Of a DNA stretch of 53,864 nucleotides, positions 1 through 9,393 are shown piece after piece. The DNA is taken from the NCBI GenBank assembly GCA_003567655.1, contig PWZA01000132.1:1-53864 (forward strand), written 5' to 3'. The notes beneath the pieces were generated by a model. That model made no database searches. It saw only the letters and a program-made list of their open reading frames with translations, and had not been told where the DNA came from. This DNA is from Dehalococcoidia bacterium (GTDB lineage: Bacteria > Chloroflexota > Dehalococcoidia > GIF9 > AB-539-J10). How positions within the stretch are numbered: the stretch's first letter is position 1; each line of letters starts with the position of its first letter. Both the position numbers and the translations under genes were made by a program.

Positions 1-1470
1 AAGGATCTGGGGGTGAAGAAGGGGGACAGGGTAGCGGTGCAGATGTCCAACAACCCCTGGCTGGTGTCGGCCTTTGCCGCCATATACAAGATGGGTGCCA
101 TCATCGCTCCGCTGAGCCCGCTGTTGAGGCCCGACCAGGCCGCCCACATCTATCGTGATTCCGGCGCAAAGGCCGTGATCACAAGCTCGGACTTCGCGCC
201 CCGTGTACTTGATGCAGGGAGGCAATCTCCCGAGTTGCAGCACGTGATCCTGGTCGAGGGCGATGACGTACCCGGCACGATTCCACTCCATGATATTATG
301 TCAGGTAACTGCAGTGAGCTGAAGATCGAGGACACCGACAACGATGATATCGCAGCTTTGATCTATACCGCCGGGACGACCGGGCAACCCAAGGGTGTTA
401 TGCATACACACTATTCGCTCTACATGAATGCCCTGTCCTTCTACGAGTACGTCATGGTGCACCGCTCGACTACCCTCCAGGTTAGCAGCCGTGTCTTTGA
501 TCCCAGAACACTCAGGTTTCACGAAGCTGTACAGCAGGTCTCGGGGGTGAACCGCTTGATGGTTAGCCTGGCTGTCCTGCCCCTATCGCACTCATATGGC
601 ATTGCCTTCAGTAACACAGGTGACTTAGTGGGCGGAAGAACGATTATGCTCAGGTGGTGGAATGTGGAAGAGGCACTGAAGGCGATACACATGTTCAGGG
701 TAACCCAGATAGCAGCGGTTCCCACCATGTATGCTCAGATGCTGGAGTCGCCAGAGTTCAGTAAATATGACCTGAGTTCGCTCGAGGATTGCCAGTGTGG
801 TGCCGCACCACTGCCAGTTGAGATGGCGCTGAAGTGGAAGGAGAGGGCGGGAGTCGATATTCGTGAAGGTTGGGGCTTGACCGAGTCGGGAGCCATTACC
901 GCCGGGCAACCGGGTGACCTTCCACCCAGGTATGGCTCGATAGGCAAGTGTCTGCTCAAGTGTACAACTATGAGAGTGTTGGATGAGCAGGGTAATGAGC
1001 TTCCGCCAGAGCAGCAAGGGGAAATCGTAGTCAAAGGTCCCACAGTCATGAAAGGCTACTGGAACCTGCCTGAGCAGACAGCCAGTACGATTAGAAACGG
1101 GTGGCTGTACACTGGCGATATTGGCTACATGGACCGTGATGGTTACTTCTACATCACCGCACGGAAGAAGGACATCATCATCAGAGGAGGCGAGAATGTG
1201 TCCCCGGCCGAGATTGAGGAGATCCTGCTGCAGCACCCGGCCGTACAGGAGGCAGGCGTCGTAGGCATCCCCGATGCGATGTACGGCGAGGAGGTCAAGG
1301 CCTTCGTTGTGCTCAGCCCTGACACTGCGGTAAGCCAACACGAACTGATCTCGTTCTGCAAGGAGCGACTGCCGTCCTTCAAGCTGCCCAAGGCAGTGCA
1401 GATTGTTGAATCGTTGCCCAAGAATCTTCTGGGCAAGGTGCTGAGGGCCGAACTGCGCGGAATGGGGTAG
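1..1470 (+). CDS. AMP-dependent acyl-CoA synthetase (fatty-acid--CoA ligase); the 5' end lies outside the window
   Basis: The frame of ORF 13..1470 stays open back to base 1 (KDLGVKKGDRVAV...), so the N-terminus is missing. It carries the AMP-binding signature YTAGTTGQPKGVMHTH and the C-terminal GWLYTGDIGY / KDIIIRGGENV motifs of adenylate-forming enzymes. Confidence 0.9.
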   Translation, partial: KDLGVKKGDRVAVQMSNNPWLVSAFAAIYKMGAIIAPLSPLLRPDQAAHIYRDSGAKAVITSSDFAPRVLDAGRQSPELQHVILVEGDDVPGTIPLHDIMSGNCSELKIEDTDNDDIAALIYTAGTTGQPKGVMHTHYSLYMNALSFYEYVMVHRSTTLQVSSRVFDPRTLRFHEAVQQVSGVNRLMVSLAVLPLSHSYGIAFSNTGDLVGGRTIMLRWWNVEEALKAIHMFRVTQIAAVPTMYAQMLESPEFSKYDLSSLEDCQCGAAPLPVEMALKWKERAGVDIREGWGLTESGAITAGQPGDLPPRYGSIGKCLLKCTTMRVLDEQGNELPPEQQGEIVVKGPTVMKGYWNLPEQTASTIRNGWLYTGDIGYMDRDGYFYITARKKDIIIRGGENVSPAEIEEILLQHPAVQEAGVVGIPDAMYGEEVKAFVVLSPDTAVSQHELISFCKERLPSFKLPKAVQIVESLPKNLLGKVLRAELRGMG

Positions 1471-1663
1471 TCCACACCGGTATAGCGGATAACTCTGAAT
1501 GGCAGAGACACCTTGTCTGCAGGCAGTCTCTATCAGGGCGCGTACGTTGATGCAGCCGGCCCACATCCTATCCCGGTCTAGTCCCGCCGTCGTTGGGTCA
1601 CACCTCTGCTATGATCAGGTCGACGCGCGCCTATGGTCGAGGCGACAAGGCTTGTAATAGTCG

Positions 1664-1692
1664 TTGACTAAACACAATGGCGGTGATAGAGT
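1664..1692 (+). promoter_or_regulatory. Candidate sigma70-type promoter for the acyl-CoA dehydrogenase pair
   Basis: TTGACT (1664..1669), a 17-nt spacer, then TAGAGT (1687..1692). It is followed by a 7-bp inverted repeat, CTGGCAT (1706..1712) / ATGCCAG (1723..1729), before the GGAG ribosome-binding site and the ATG at 1746. Confidence 0.35.
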
Positions 1693-1745
1693 ACAGAGGT
1701 TTGACCTGGCATGATCTGGGCAATGCCAGTTGAAAGGAGCGCATC

Positions 1746-2840
1746 ATGATTTCTTTTAGCCCCACCGAAGAACAACAGATGATCATGAGCATGGTCAGGG
1801 AGTTTGCCAGCGATGAGATGCGAAAGGTTTATCGTGAATCTGACGAGAGCGGGGTGATACCGGAGGGTCTTGTGAATACTGCCTGGCAGATGGGTCTGGT
1901 GTCCGGCGCTATACCGGAGGAGTGTGGTGGTGGTGGAGGGGGCCGCTCACTGATTACAGGATCGTTAATAGCTGAGGAACTGGCCTGGGGTGACCTCTCC
2001 ATGGCGATGCATATCCTGTCTCCTGCTCTGTGTGCCTATCCGGTGTTGGAGATGGGTACCGAAGCTCAGAAGAGGGAGTTACTAGCTCTGTTCTGCGGCG
2101 ACACATTTAAGCCTGCCGGTGCGGCTCTTATTGAGCCGCGATTTAGCTTCAATCCTTACGCTTTGTCAACCACTGCTCGACTGGATGGCGAAGCTTATGT
2201 ACTGAACGGCAATAAGTGCTATGTGCCCCTTGCTGCTGATGCGGAACTGATCCTCGTATACGCACAGGAAGGCGACCGTGTGCAGGGCTTTATCGTTGAG
2301 AAAGGTGCCAGCGGGCTCGTGATTGGAGAGAGAGAGAAGAACATGGGCATAAAGGCTCTGTCAACGTACGAGGTCAGCCTGAAGGACTGCCCGGTTTCCA
2401 AAGACAGACGGTTAGGGGGGCAGGATGGGTGTGACTTCGGGCGTATCTTGAATTGCTCGCGGGTTGCTCTGTCAGCGATGGCTGTAGGCGTAGCAAAGGC
2501 TGCCTTTGAGTACGCGAGAGACTATGCCAGGGAGCGTGTTGCCTTCGGCGAGCCGATCGCCTCACGACAGGCGATCGCATTCATGCTTGCAGAGATGGCT
2601 ATTGAGATCGATGCTACTAGGCTGATGAACTGGGAAGCAGCCTGGAAGCTGGACCGGAATGAAGAGGCAACCAGGGAAGCTTCGCTGGTCAAGTCCTATG
2701 CCGATGATATGGCGCTGATGGTAACCGACCGTGCCGTTCAGATATTGGGCGGGCACGGGTACGTACGAGAGCATCCGGTCGAACTCTGGCTCAGGAACGG
2801 CCGCGGCTTCTACGCCTTTGAGGGCATGGCCATAGTATAG
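1746..2840 (+). CDS. Acyl-CoA dehydrogenase-family protein with a degenerate FAD/active-site region (possible partner subunit)
   Basis: 364 aa with ACAD-like sequence throughout (GGHGYVREHPVELWLRN, AFEG near the C-terminus). The usual TEPxAGSD motif reads IEPRFSFNPYAL, and the protein ends 5 residues after the AFEG glutamate. GGAG ribosome-binding site upstream. Confidence 0.8.
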   Translation: MISFSPTEEQQMIMSMVREFASDEMRKVYRESDESGVIPEGLVNTAWQMGLVSGAIPEECGGGGGGRSLITGSLIAEELAWGDLSMAMHILSPALCAYPVLEMGTEAQKRELLALFCGDTFKPAGAALIEPRFSFNPYALSTTARLDGEAYVLNGNKCYVPLAADAELILVYAQEGDRVQGFIVEKGASGLVIGEREKNMGIKALSTYEVSLKDCPVSKDRRLGGQDGCDFGRILNCSRVALSAMAVGVAKAAFEYARDYARERVAFGEPIASRQAIAFMLAEMAIEIDATRLMNWEAAWKLDRNEEATREASLVKSYADDMALMVTDRAVQILGGHGYVREHPVELWLRNGRGFYAFEGMAIV

Positions 2841-2856
2841 AAGGAGGTCTTGCTGG

Positions 2857-4053
2857 ATGATAGATTTCGCACTTGAACCGGAACTGGCAAAGGGGGTTGA
2901 AGCAGCTCGTAAGTTTGCAGAAGAGCAGCTCCGGCCGGTCAGTCAATACTACGATGAACACGAGCATGAAAGCCCGGATGAGCTTATCGAAAGGATGTGG
3001 GAGAGGAGAGCGGAGAACATATTTAGTCTGGGACTGGATCCAGCAGCGGGTCTGAGAACTGAGGCTCTGTGCTGGGGAGATGCAGGACTGTATCTGTGTA
3101 TACCCGGCCCGGCGCTAGGCGGCGCAGCCGTCTTCTCGTCCGGGACGAAAGAGCAGATAGGGCAGTTCCTCGGCAAATTCAACGAGGGAAGGCCAAAGTG
3201 GGGTGCCATGGCTATGACCGAGCCCCATGCTGGCTCCGATACTGCTGCTATCAGTACCACGGCTGTGCGCGATGGTGACGAGTGGGTGCTCAACGGCGAG
3301 AAGATCTTCGTTACGATGGGGAAGCGCGCCCTGGACGATTCTGACGGTTTTGTTGTTGTATGGGCTACCGTAGACAAGTCAGCGGGACGTGCCGGCATGA
3401 AGTCCTTCGTTGTACCCGCCGGTACACCGGGCATGAGAGTGGAGAAGCTGGAGAAGAAGCTTGGCATTAGGGCCAGTGATACCGTTACCATAGTGTTCGA
3501 TGATTGCCGCATTCCTTTTGATCATATTTTGGGAAGCCCCGAGGTCAAGAAGGTTGATAAGGGCGGTACCAAGGGTTTCAAAGGGGCAATGGCGACCTTT
3601 GATGCAACGCGTCCCATCGTGGCCGCACAGGCCATAGGCATTGGACGAGCGGCGCTTGACTTCGTCAAGGCGGCGCTGGAGAAGGAAGGGGTAGAGATAC
3701 GCTACGGCCTGCCAAGGCAGATGCTCACTACCATTGAGCGGGATGTTATGGAGATGGAGGCCAACTACAAGGCAGCCAAGCTGCTCACTCTGCGTGCGCT
3801 GTGGATGATGAGCCAGCTTCAGCCCAATAGCCTGGAGTCGTCGATGGCCAAGACAAAAGCTGGCCTTGCTGTTACCAAGATTACCCAGAAGGCAGTTGAG
3901 ATCATGGGGCCACTGGGTTACTCCCGGAAGTACCTACTCGAGAAGTGGATGCGTGACGGTAAGATCAACGATATCTTCGAGGGTACCGGGCAGATCAATA
4001 TGCTTGTTACCGCGCGAAGGGTGCTTAACTACTCAAGAGAACAACTGAAATAG
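2857..4053 (+). CDS. Acyl-CoA dehydrogenase (canonical)
   Basis: 398 aa. Canonical MTEPHAGSD motif and catalytic-base context NDIFEGTGQINMLV. AAGGAGG ribosome-binding site 7 nt upstream. Starts 16 nt after the preceding paralogue. Confidence 0.9.
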   Translation: MIDFALEPELAKGVEAARKFAEEQLRPVSQYYDEHEHESPDELIERMWERRAENIFSLGLDPAAGLRTEALCWGDAGLYLCIPGPALGGAAVFSSGTKEQIGQFLGKFNEGRPKWGAMAMTEPHAGSDTAAISTTAVRDGDEWVLNGEKIFVTMGKRALDDSDGFVVVWATVDKSAGRAGMKSFVVPAGTPGMRVEKLEKKLGIRASDTVTIVFDDCRIPFDHILGSPEVKKVDKGGTKGFKGAMATFDATRPIVAAQAIGIGRAALDFVKAALEKEGVEIRYGLPRQMLTTIERDVMEMEANYKAAKLLTLRALWMMSQLQPNSLESSMAKTKAGLAVTKITQKAVEIMGPLGYSRKYLLEKWMRDGKINDIFEGTGQINMLVTARRVLNYSREQLK

Positions 4054-4305
4054 ACTGTGATTGGAACATGTCTGGCAGTACTGTTCATCTCTCTGGGTCT
4101 GTTATCTGCTGTGGATGATACTGCAGCACATGCAGCAGGCAGGTCTGCTGATTCCTTTATAGCTGTATGGTCGTCTCTGTAACTGTAGTGCAGATGTTTG
4201 ACGCGTAGACAATCTGATCTGCCCTGCGATATAATTCCGTTACAATCAATGCCTGACCACAGTCGACATTCGCCGGCAACCGCCTTCACAGAGAGGAGAT
4301 CTGGG

Positions 4306-5115
4306 ATGTCCGTGGCGGAATTAGAAGATGTGGCACGTACGCTGCGCCGTCATGTGATCACCATGATCGCCACCGCAGGCAGTGGGCATCCAGGAGGCTC
4401 TCTATCAGCTGCTGATATCGTGGCTGCGCTGTATTTCAAGATAATGCGCCACAGTCCCCGGGATCCAGGCTGGCAGGATCGTGACAGGTTCATACTCAGT
4501 AAGGGGCATGCTGCTCCTATTCTGTATGCTGCCCTGGCTGAAGCTGGATACTTTGCGCTGGAAGAGCTGGCGACACTGAGAAAGCTTGATAGCCGTCTTC
4601 AGGGACATGCCGAGGCGGAGTTAACGCCTGGAGTAGAGATGTCCTCTGGCTCCTTGGGGATGGGTCTGTCGTTCGCTGTGGGTGCTGCCCTGGCTGCAAG
4701 ACTGGATTCAAAGGCGTATCACACATATGCTCTGCTCAGCGACGGAGAATGTGAGGAGGGACAAACATGGGAGGCGGCCCTCTCAGCAGCCCACTTCCGG
4801 CTGGACAATCTCACGGCCATCATCGATTGTAATGGAATGCAGCTCAGCGGATGGACTCGGGATATCATGAATCTCGAGCCTTTTGTACGTAAGTGGCGTG
4901 CTTTTGGCTGGCATGCCACAGAGATTGACGGACACGATCTCGATCAGATTCTGTCCAGCTGCCAAAGGGCGAAGAACTTGAGGGGCAAACCGAGCGTCAT
5001 CGTCGCCCGAACCGTTAAGGGTAAGGGAGTCAGCTTCATGGAGAACAATGTGACGTTTCACGGCAAGGCGCCTAATGCGGAGGAGACCAAGAGGGCACTT
5101 AAGGAGTTGGAGTAG
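4306..5115 (+). CDS. Transketolase, N-terminal (thiamine-diphosphate-binding) subunit
   Basis: GSGHPGGSLSAADI and GSLGMGLS..DGECEEGQ TPP-binding motifs. I place the start at ATG 4306 (MSVAELEDVAR) behind GAGAGGAGA, rather than at the ORF-track start 4198. Confidence 0.85.
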   Translation: MSVAELEDVARTLRRHVITMIATAGSGHPGGSLSAADIVAALYFKIMRHSPRDPGWQDRDRFILSKGHAAPILYAALAEAGYFALEELATLRKLDSRLQGHAEAELTPGVEMSSGSLGMGLSFAVGAALAARLDSKAYHTYALLSDGECEEGQTWEAALSAAHFRLDNLTAIIDCNGMQLSGWTRDIMNLEPFVRKWRAFGWHATEIDGHDLDQILSSCQRAKNLRGKPSVIVARTVKGKGVSFMENNVTFHGKAPNAEETKRALKELE

Positions 5116-5117
5116 CG

Positions 5118-6053
5118 ATGGCGGAAGCATCTACAAGAGAGGCTTTCGGCAAGACCCTTGTGGAGATGGGCAAACAGAACAAGCAAATAGTCGTTCTGGA
5201 TGCCGATTTATCCCCGTCCACGATGACGAGTTTGTTCGCAGACGAGTTCGCTGAACGCTTCTTCAACTGTGGTATACAGGAACAGAACATGATCGGAGTT
5301 TCCGCCGGACTTGCTGCTTCGGGAAAGATCGTCTTTGCCAGCACCTTCGCCATCTTCGCCTCATGCCGCTGCTTCGACCAACTGAGGCTCTGCCTATCGC
5401 AGCCCAGACAAAATGTCAAAGTTGTTGCCACTCATGGAGGCATCACCGTCGGTGAGGACGGCAGGTCCCATCATGCCATCGAGGATCTAGCACTATTCTG
5501 TGCCTTGCCGGGCTTCACCGTTATCGTCCCCGCTGACGCCATAGAGGCGGCTGAGGCTGTAAGGGCGGCTGCCGGTATTGACGGGCCTTTCTATATCAGA
5601 CTGAGTCGTCCTAAGACGCCGCTGCTGTATCCCGGCGATTACCGTTTCACCCTGGGAAGAGCGGTAGTCATGAGACAGGGAAATGATGTGTCTATACTGG
5701 CAACGGGCATAATGGTGGCCAAGGCCCTTGAAGCGGCCGATGGTCTGGCGAAGCAGGGCATTGACTGTCGGGTGGTAAACATACACACCCTTAAGCCTCT
5801 GGATAAGGAGGCGGTGGTGCGGGCGAGCTCTGAGACCGGTGCCGTGGTGGTGGCCGAGGAGCACCTGGCTCAGGGAGGCCTGGGTAGTCGAGTGGCTCAG
5901 GTTCTAGCCAGGGAGAATCCTGCACCCATGGAGTTTGTCAACCTCGGCGACCGGTATGCCTCGTCAGGTGAGGCTGAGGAGTTGCTTCAGAGGTACGGCT
6001 TGACTGCTGCCCGCGTTGAAGAAGCGGTGAAGTCAGCCGTTAGTAGGAAGTGA
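5118..6053 (+). CDS. Transketolase, C-terminal (pyrimidine-binding) subunit
   Basis: 311 aa with FFNCGIQEQNMIGVSAGLA and HGGITVGEDGRSHH motifs. Begins 2 nt after the stop of the N-terminal subunit gene. Confidence 0.9.
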   Translation: MAEASTREAFGKTLVEMGKQNKQIVVLDADLSPSTMTSLFADEFAERFFNCGIQEQNMIGVSAGLAASGKIVFASTFAIFASCRCFDQLRLCLSQPRQNVKVVATHGGITVGEDGRSHHAIEDLALFCALPGFTVIVPADAIEAAEAVRAAAGIDGPFYIRLSRPKTPLLYPGDYRFTLGRAVVMRQGNDVSILATGIMVAKALEAADGLAKQGIDCRVVNIHTLKPLDKEAVVRASSETGAVVVAEEHLAQGGLGSRVAQVLARENPAPMEFVNLGDRYASSGEAEELLQRYGLTAARVEEAVKSAVSRK

Positions 6054-6168
6054 TGTCTCCGATCTAAGCTTTATGCCTGCGTACCATCAGATTCAGCGCA
6101 TACATAGGTTCGCAGTAAAGCAACACTCCCAGATGTCAGGATAGACGAGCTTCACCGTATATACTATA

Positions 6169-6204
6169 TGTAACAACATGTAACAACCATACCACTGTTT
6201 CGTT
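6169..6204 (+). promoter_or_regulatory. ECF-type promoter candidate (TGTAAC-N16-CGTT) with a duplicated -35 element
   Basis: The 10-nt unit ATGTAACAAC occurs twice in tandem (6168..6177, 6178..6187). The second TGTAAC (6179..6184) lies 16 nt from CGTT (6201..6204). AAGAGGTGA and the GTG start at 6220 follow. This resembles the Bacillus SigX/SigW-class consensus. Confidence 0.5.
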
Positions 6205-6219
6205 ACAAGAGGTGAATGA

Positions 6220-6786
6220 GTGCAGCGAAGCGGTTCTGAAGGTCTGACATCTGAAGAGTCCACTCTGGTCCAGAAGGCTGTCGAGCGCGATGCCCATGCT
6301 TTCGGACAGCTTTATGACATGTATGTCGATAGGGTATACAGGCATGTGTACTATCGGGTGAGCAACGGTGCAGACGCCGAGGACTTAACACAGCAGGTCT
6401 TCATGAAGGCCTGGCAGGCGATCGGAGGATTCAGAATAACGGCCAGCCCGTTCGTGGCCTGGTTGCTCGCTATCAGCCATAATGTGGTGGTGAACTTCTA
6501 CAGGACCAAGACGGGCAGAGTGTATATCGAGGCTGATATTCTGGCTGCCGATTCACCGTCCAGTCCGGACTTCGCAGCTGAAATGAGCCTCGACCAACAG
6601 CGTCTGCGCAGAGCCATTCTGCAGTTAAGAGATGAAGAACAGCAGGTGCTCGTACTGCGGTTTATGGAGGGCTTTGCGTTCGCTGAGATAGCCTCGCTTC
6701 TTAAGAAGAAGGAAGGAACCATCAGGGTCATACTTCACCGGGCGCTGACGAAGCTGCGTGGTATCCTGGAGAAGGAAGCGGATTAG
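6220..6786 (+). CDS. ECF (group 4) sigma-70 family RNA polymerase sigma factor
   Basis: 188 aa. Region 2 (FGQLYDMYVDRVYRHVYYRV..AEDLTQQVFMKAW) and region 4 (LRDEEQQVLVLRFMEGFAFAEIASLLKKKEGTIRVILHRALTKLR). GTG start. Confidence 0.9.
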   Translation: MQRSGSEGLTSEESTLVQKAVERDAHAFGQLYDMYVDRVYRHVYYRVSNGADAEDLTQQVFMKAWQAIGGFRITASPFVAWLLAISHNVVVNFYRTKTGRVYIEADILAADSPSSPDFAAEMSLDQQRLRRAILQLRDEEQQVLVLRFMEGFAFAEIASLLKKKEGTIRVILHRALTKLRGILEKEAD

Positions 6787-6788
6787 AG

Positions 6789-8399
6789 TTGGACAAGTTC
6801 GAAGACATACTTACATGCTGCATTGATGATATCAAGGCAGGCAGGGCATCTATCGATGACTGTCTGGCAAGGTATCCGACTGTCCGTGACCGCTTGGAAC
6901 CTTTGCTCAGTTTTGCTCTTGAGATTCCTGAGACACCGGATGCCAGACCTTCTGATGAGTTCAGGATAAGGGCGAGGGCAGACTTGGTGGAGCATATCAA
7001 TGAGAGCAAGGCTAAATCGAAATGGCCATGGTGTCGTCTTAACAGGCAGAGAAGGCAAGTAATCGCCGGAAGAAGGTTCAGTATGGCCAGTGTCACCATC
7101 GTAATCGTGCTGGCTCTCTCCGCCGCGGGTGGGGGAACCGCCTATGCCTCACAGCGAAGTCTGCCAGGTGACACACTGTATTCGGTCAAACTGAGCACAG
7201 AGAAGGTGAGGATGATGCTGCCGGGCAATGACACTGCGAAAGTGGAACGGGCCGTTGGCTTGGCAGATAGGCGAGTAGCTGAGATAGTGTCTCTTGCTGA
7301 GGAAGGACGTACCGAGCATCTTGAGCTGGCTGCAGAGAGATACGATGATGCCCTCGATGATCTACGGATGAGACTGGAGCGCATGGCAAATGGGAGGTCT
7401 GTGGTAGGAAGCCTGATGACGCTGGTTGCTCAGGCTATGTCAGGGCATGTCGAGGCACTGGACGTGGTATGCGACATGGTGCCCGCTGAGGATAGGGCAG
7501 CCATCACACGGGCAAGAGACTCTTCACTGGCGAGACAGCAATATGCCCTGATGGGTCTTGTGCATGATAATCCGGCCGGTGCCGTACGGATTACTCTGGC
7601 TGCGATGGATGGCCGGCTGCTGAGGGCTGTGACAATGGCCGGGCAGGCTGACGGCTCGGGGGTGGAAGAGGTCCTCGAGCAATTTGAGGCGATGGGTGTG
7701 TTTGGTGACGAGTTGTTCCTGATTGTCCATGAGGCCGGAATAAGCACAGCAGAACTGGAGGAGAAGGTGCTCGAGGCAGCCTCAGTTCACCTCTCGGTCC
7801 TTGATGAGGTGAACTATATAGCTCCGGATGAGGCTGGGCCTGCTGTGGCGAGAGCCAGGCAGGCATGTTTGAATAGGTTCGGGAACTGGCTGATCTCGCT
7901 GGCCTGGGAGGATCCGATGAGGGCCGCGGAGATCAACCTCGCTGCGCAGGGTGACAGGTTGAACAGGATAGCAGATGCTGACGATGCTGAAGGCGCGGAG
8001 GACGGATTGCGGCAGTATGACGACATGGCCCAATTCGGTGAGGAAGTCTACTTAACGGCACGGGAGTGGTCTGCTGATCAAGACAGGGTGGGCAAGATGA
8101 TTGCCGAGGCAACCGTCATGCACCTTGAGTTACTCGCCGAGCTGGCTCTTAGAGTACCGGAACAGGCGAGGACGGCCGTACAGAGGGTGATGGCCAGGGA
8201 ACTGATACGGCAGGAGAGCAGAGTTGAAGTGCTCGAGCAGCGAGGTGTTGAGAGTCCTCGTTCTCCTGCCGTCCCGCCGATCGTATGGGAAGGAGTACAG
8301 GAACAGGTCCGTGTGCAGAGGATATGGGGCGTAAGGGAGGGGAAGCTGGTTAGCGGATTCTCGCCGGGAGTTCCCGGTGGCAGGGCATGTCCTTGCTGA
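6789..8399 (+). CDS. Putative membrane anti-sigma factor with helical DUF5667-like repeats
   Basis: Starts 2 nt after the sigma gene stop. One transmembrane segment (VTIVIVLALSAAGGGTAYA), followed by three roughly 95-aa helical repeats. No zf-HC2 motif was seen. Confidence 0.6.
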   Translation: MDKFEDILTCCIDDIKAGRASIDDCLARYPTVRDRLEPLLSFALEIPETPDARPSDEFRIRARADLVEHINESKAKSKWPWCRLNRQRRQVIAGRRFSMASVTIVIVLALSAAGGGTAYASQRSLPGDTLYSVKLSTEKVRMMLPGNDTAKVERAVGLADRRVAEIVSLAEEGRTEHLELAAERYDDALDDLRMRLERMANGRSVVGSLMTLVAQAMSGHVEALDVVCDMVPAEDRAAITRARDSSLARQQYALMGLVHDNPAGAVRITLAAMDGRLLRAVTMAGQADGSGVEEVLEQFEAMGVFGDELFLIVHEAGISTAELEEKVLEAASVHLSVLDEVNYIAPDEAGPAVARARQACLNRFGNWLISLAWEDPMRAAEINLAAQGDRLNRIADADDAEGAEDGLRQYDDMAQFGEEVYLTAREWSADQDRVGKMIAEATVMHLELLAELALRVPEQARTAVQRVMARELIRQESRVEVLEQRGVESPRSPAVPPIVWEGVQEQVRVQRIWGVREGKLVSGFSPGVPGGRACPC

Positions 8400-8565
8400 G
8401 GCTGATCTACCTGGCCGTGTCGCCAGGATGAGCCAGCCCGAAGCTACCTTGTGTGCCTTTGATGATACACCATAGGCAGCAGCGGGCCTCTCAAGTCGGT
8501 AGATCGGAGGCATTCCCCGGTTTTCAGAGCACCTGATTGCTGGTATAATGCCCGTGGGCCAGAGC

Positions 8566-9315
8566 ATGAAGAGTCGCCTTCCATCCGTCATTGCCTGGGT
8601 AGTAGCGTTATCTTTGCTCCTCTTGTCGGGCCCTAGTTGCGTAATTGATCAGCATAGTCTTACCCAGGGTCACGCTCGGCCCACGACAGCCTCTGAATCT
8701 AAGTCCTTCGTCACTCCTGAGTGCGAGTTCGTCAGGGAGTCTCTGCGGCAGATTCTGGGTGATCCGCCTTACGAGCCTACCAGACACGGCTTCGATGCCA
8801 TCCGGTATTGGATTGCTCACAACATTGAGTACATGTCTGATCAGGAACGAATTGGCGAGGAGGATGATTGGCAGACACCGAGGGAAACTCTAGCTGAGCC
8901 GCGAGTCGGTGATTGTGAGGACTTCTCTCTTCTTGTATGTGCTCTACTGAGAGCATACGGCATTCCCGAGGAGAGCGTATTCGTCGTTATCGGTGTTGAT
9001 GGCAAGGGTGGGGAACATGCCTTTCTCATTGAGAATTGGTATGAGGATGGAGAGTGGCGTGTTATAGAGCCACAGGCCCCTGCCAGCCTTCGCTACGGTT
9101 TCCCCTTCTTCCGTTCCGTGGACTCAGAACTGACCAGATATAGGATCATACTGGCCTTTAACGATGTTCACTACTATGATGAATCCTTTCCCTGGGATGA
9201 CGGTCAGGGCATCACAAGCTACATCGCGGAGACGCTAACAGCTGTGGACAATGCGGCGCGGCGAGTGTCACAAGTCGTGTCGTATCTGCTGGGGTTACTC
9301 CCCGATGATGGATAG
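8566..9315 (+). CDS. Secreted or lipid-anchored transglutaminase-like cysteine protease-fold protein
   Basis: N-terminal signal sequence (MKSRLPSVIAWVVALSLLLLSGPSC). Transglutaminase-core Cys context VGDCEDFSLLVCALLRAYGIP and His in GGEHAFL. The upstream ATG at 8548 lies inside a TGgTATAAT box, so I prefer the start at 8566. Confidence 0.7.
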   Translation: MKSRLPSVIAWVVALSLLLLSGPSCVIDQHSLTQGHARPTTASESKSFVTPECEFVRESLRQILGDPPYEPTRHGFDAIRYWIAHNIEYMSDQERIGEEDDWQTPRETLAEPRVGDCEDFSLLVCALLRAYGIPEESVFVVIGVDGKGGEHAFLIENWYEDGEWRVIEPQAPASLRYGFPFFRSVDSELTRYRIILAFNDVHYYDESFPWDDGQGITSYIAETLTAVDNAARRVSQVVSYLLGLLPDDG

Positions 9316-9393
9316 GGCGATACTTCCGTGCCGGTAGCAAACGTGCGGTCTTGAGATCTTCACCGACCGATCAGCCCGTACAGCTAGCGTATA

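Noticed and set aside
625-1566. A 313-aa ORF antisense to the acyl-CoA synthetase gene. Similar long antisense ORFs lie at 2949..3512, 15522..16085, 42225..42944, 44990..45529 and 52008..52790.
   Set aside because: All lie opposite strongly recognisable genes, and their translations are low-complexity (Arg/Leu/Gly/His-rich) with no motifs. This is typical of shadow ORFs in GC-rich coding DNA.
4178-4206. A second TGTAAC element upstream of the transketolase genes, as a possible target of the ECF sigma factor.
   Set aside because: The spacing to the nearest CGT/CGC is 18-20 nt rather than 16-17 nt, and there is no other support.
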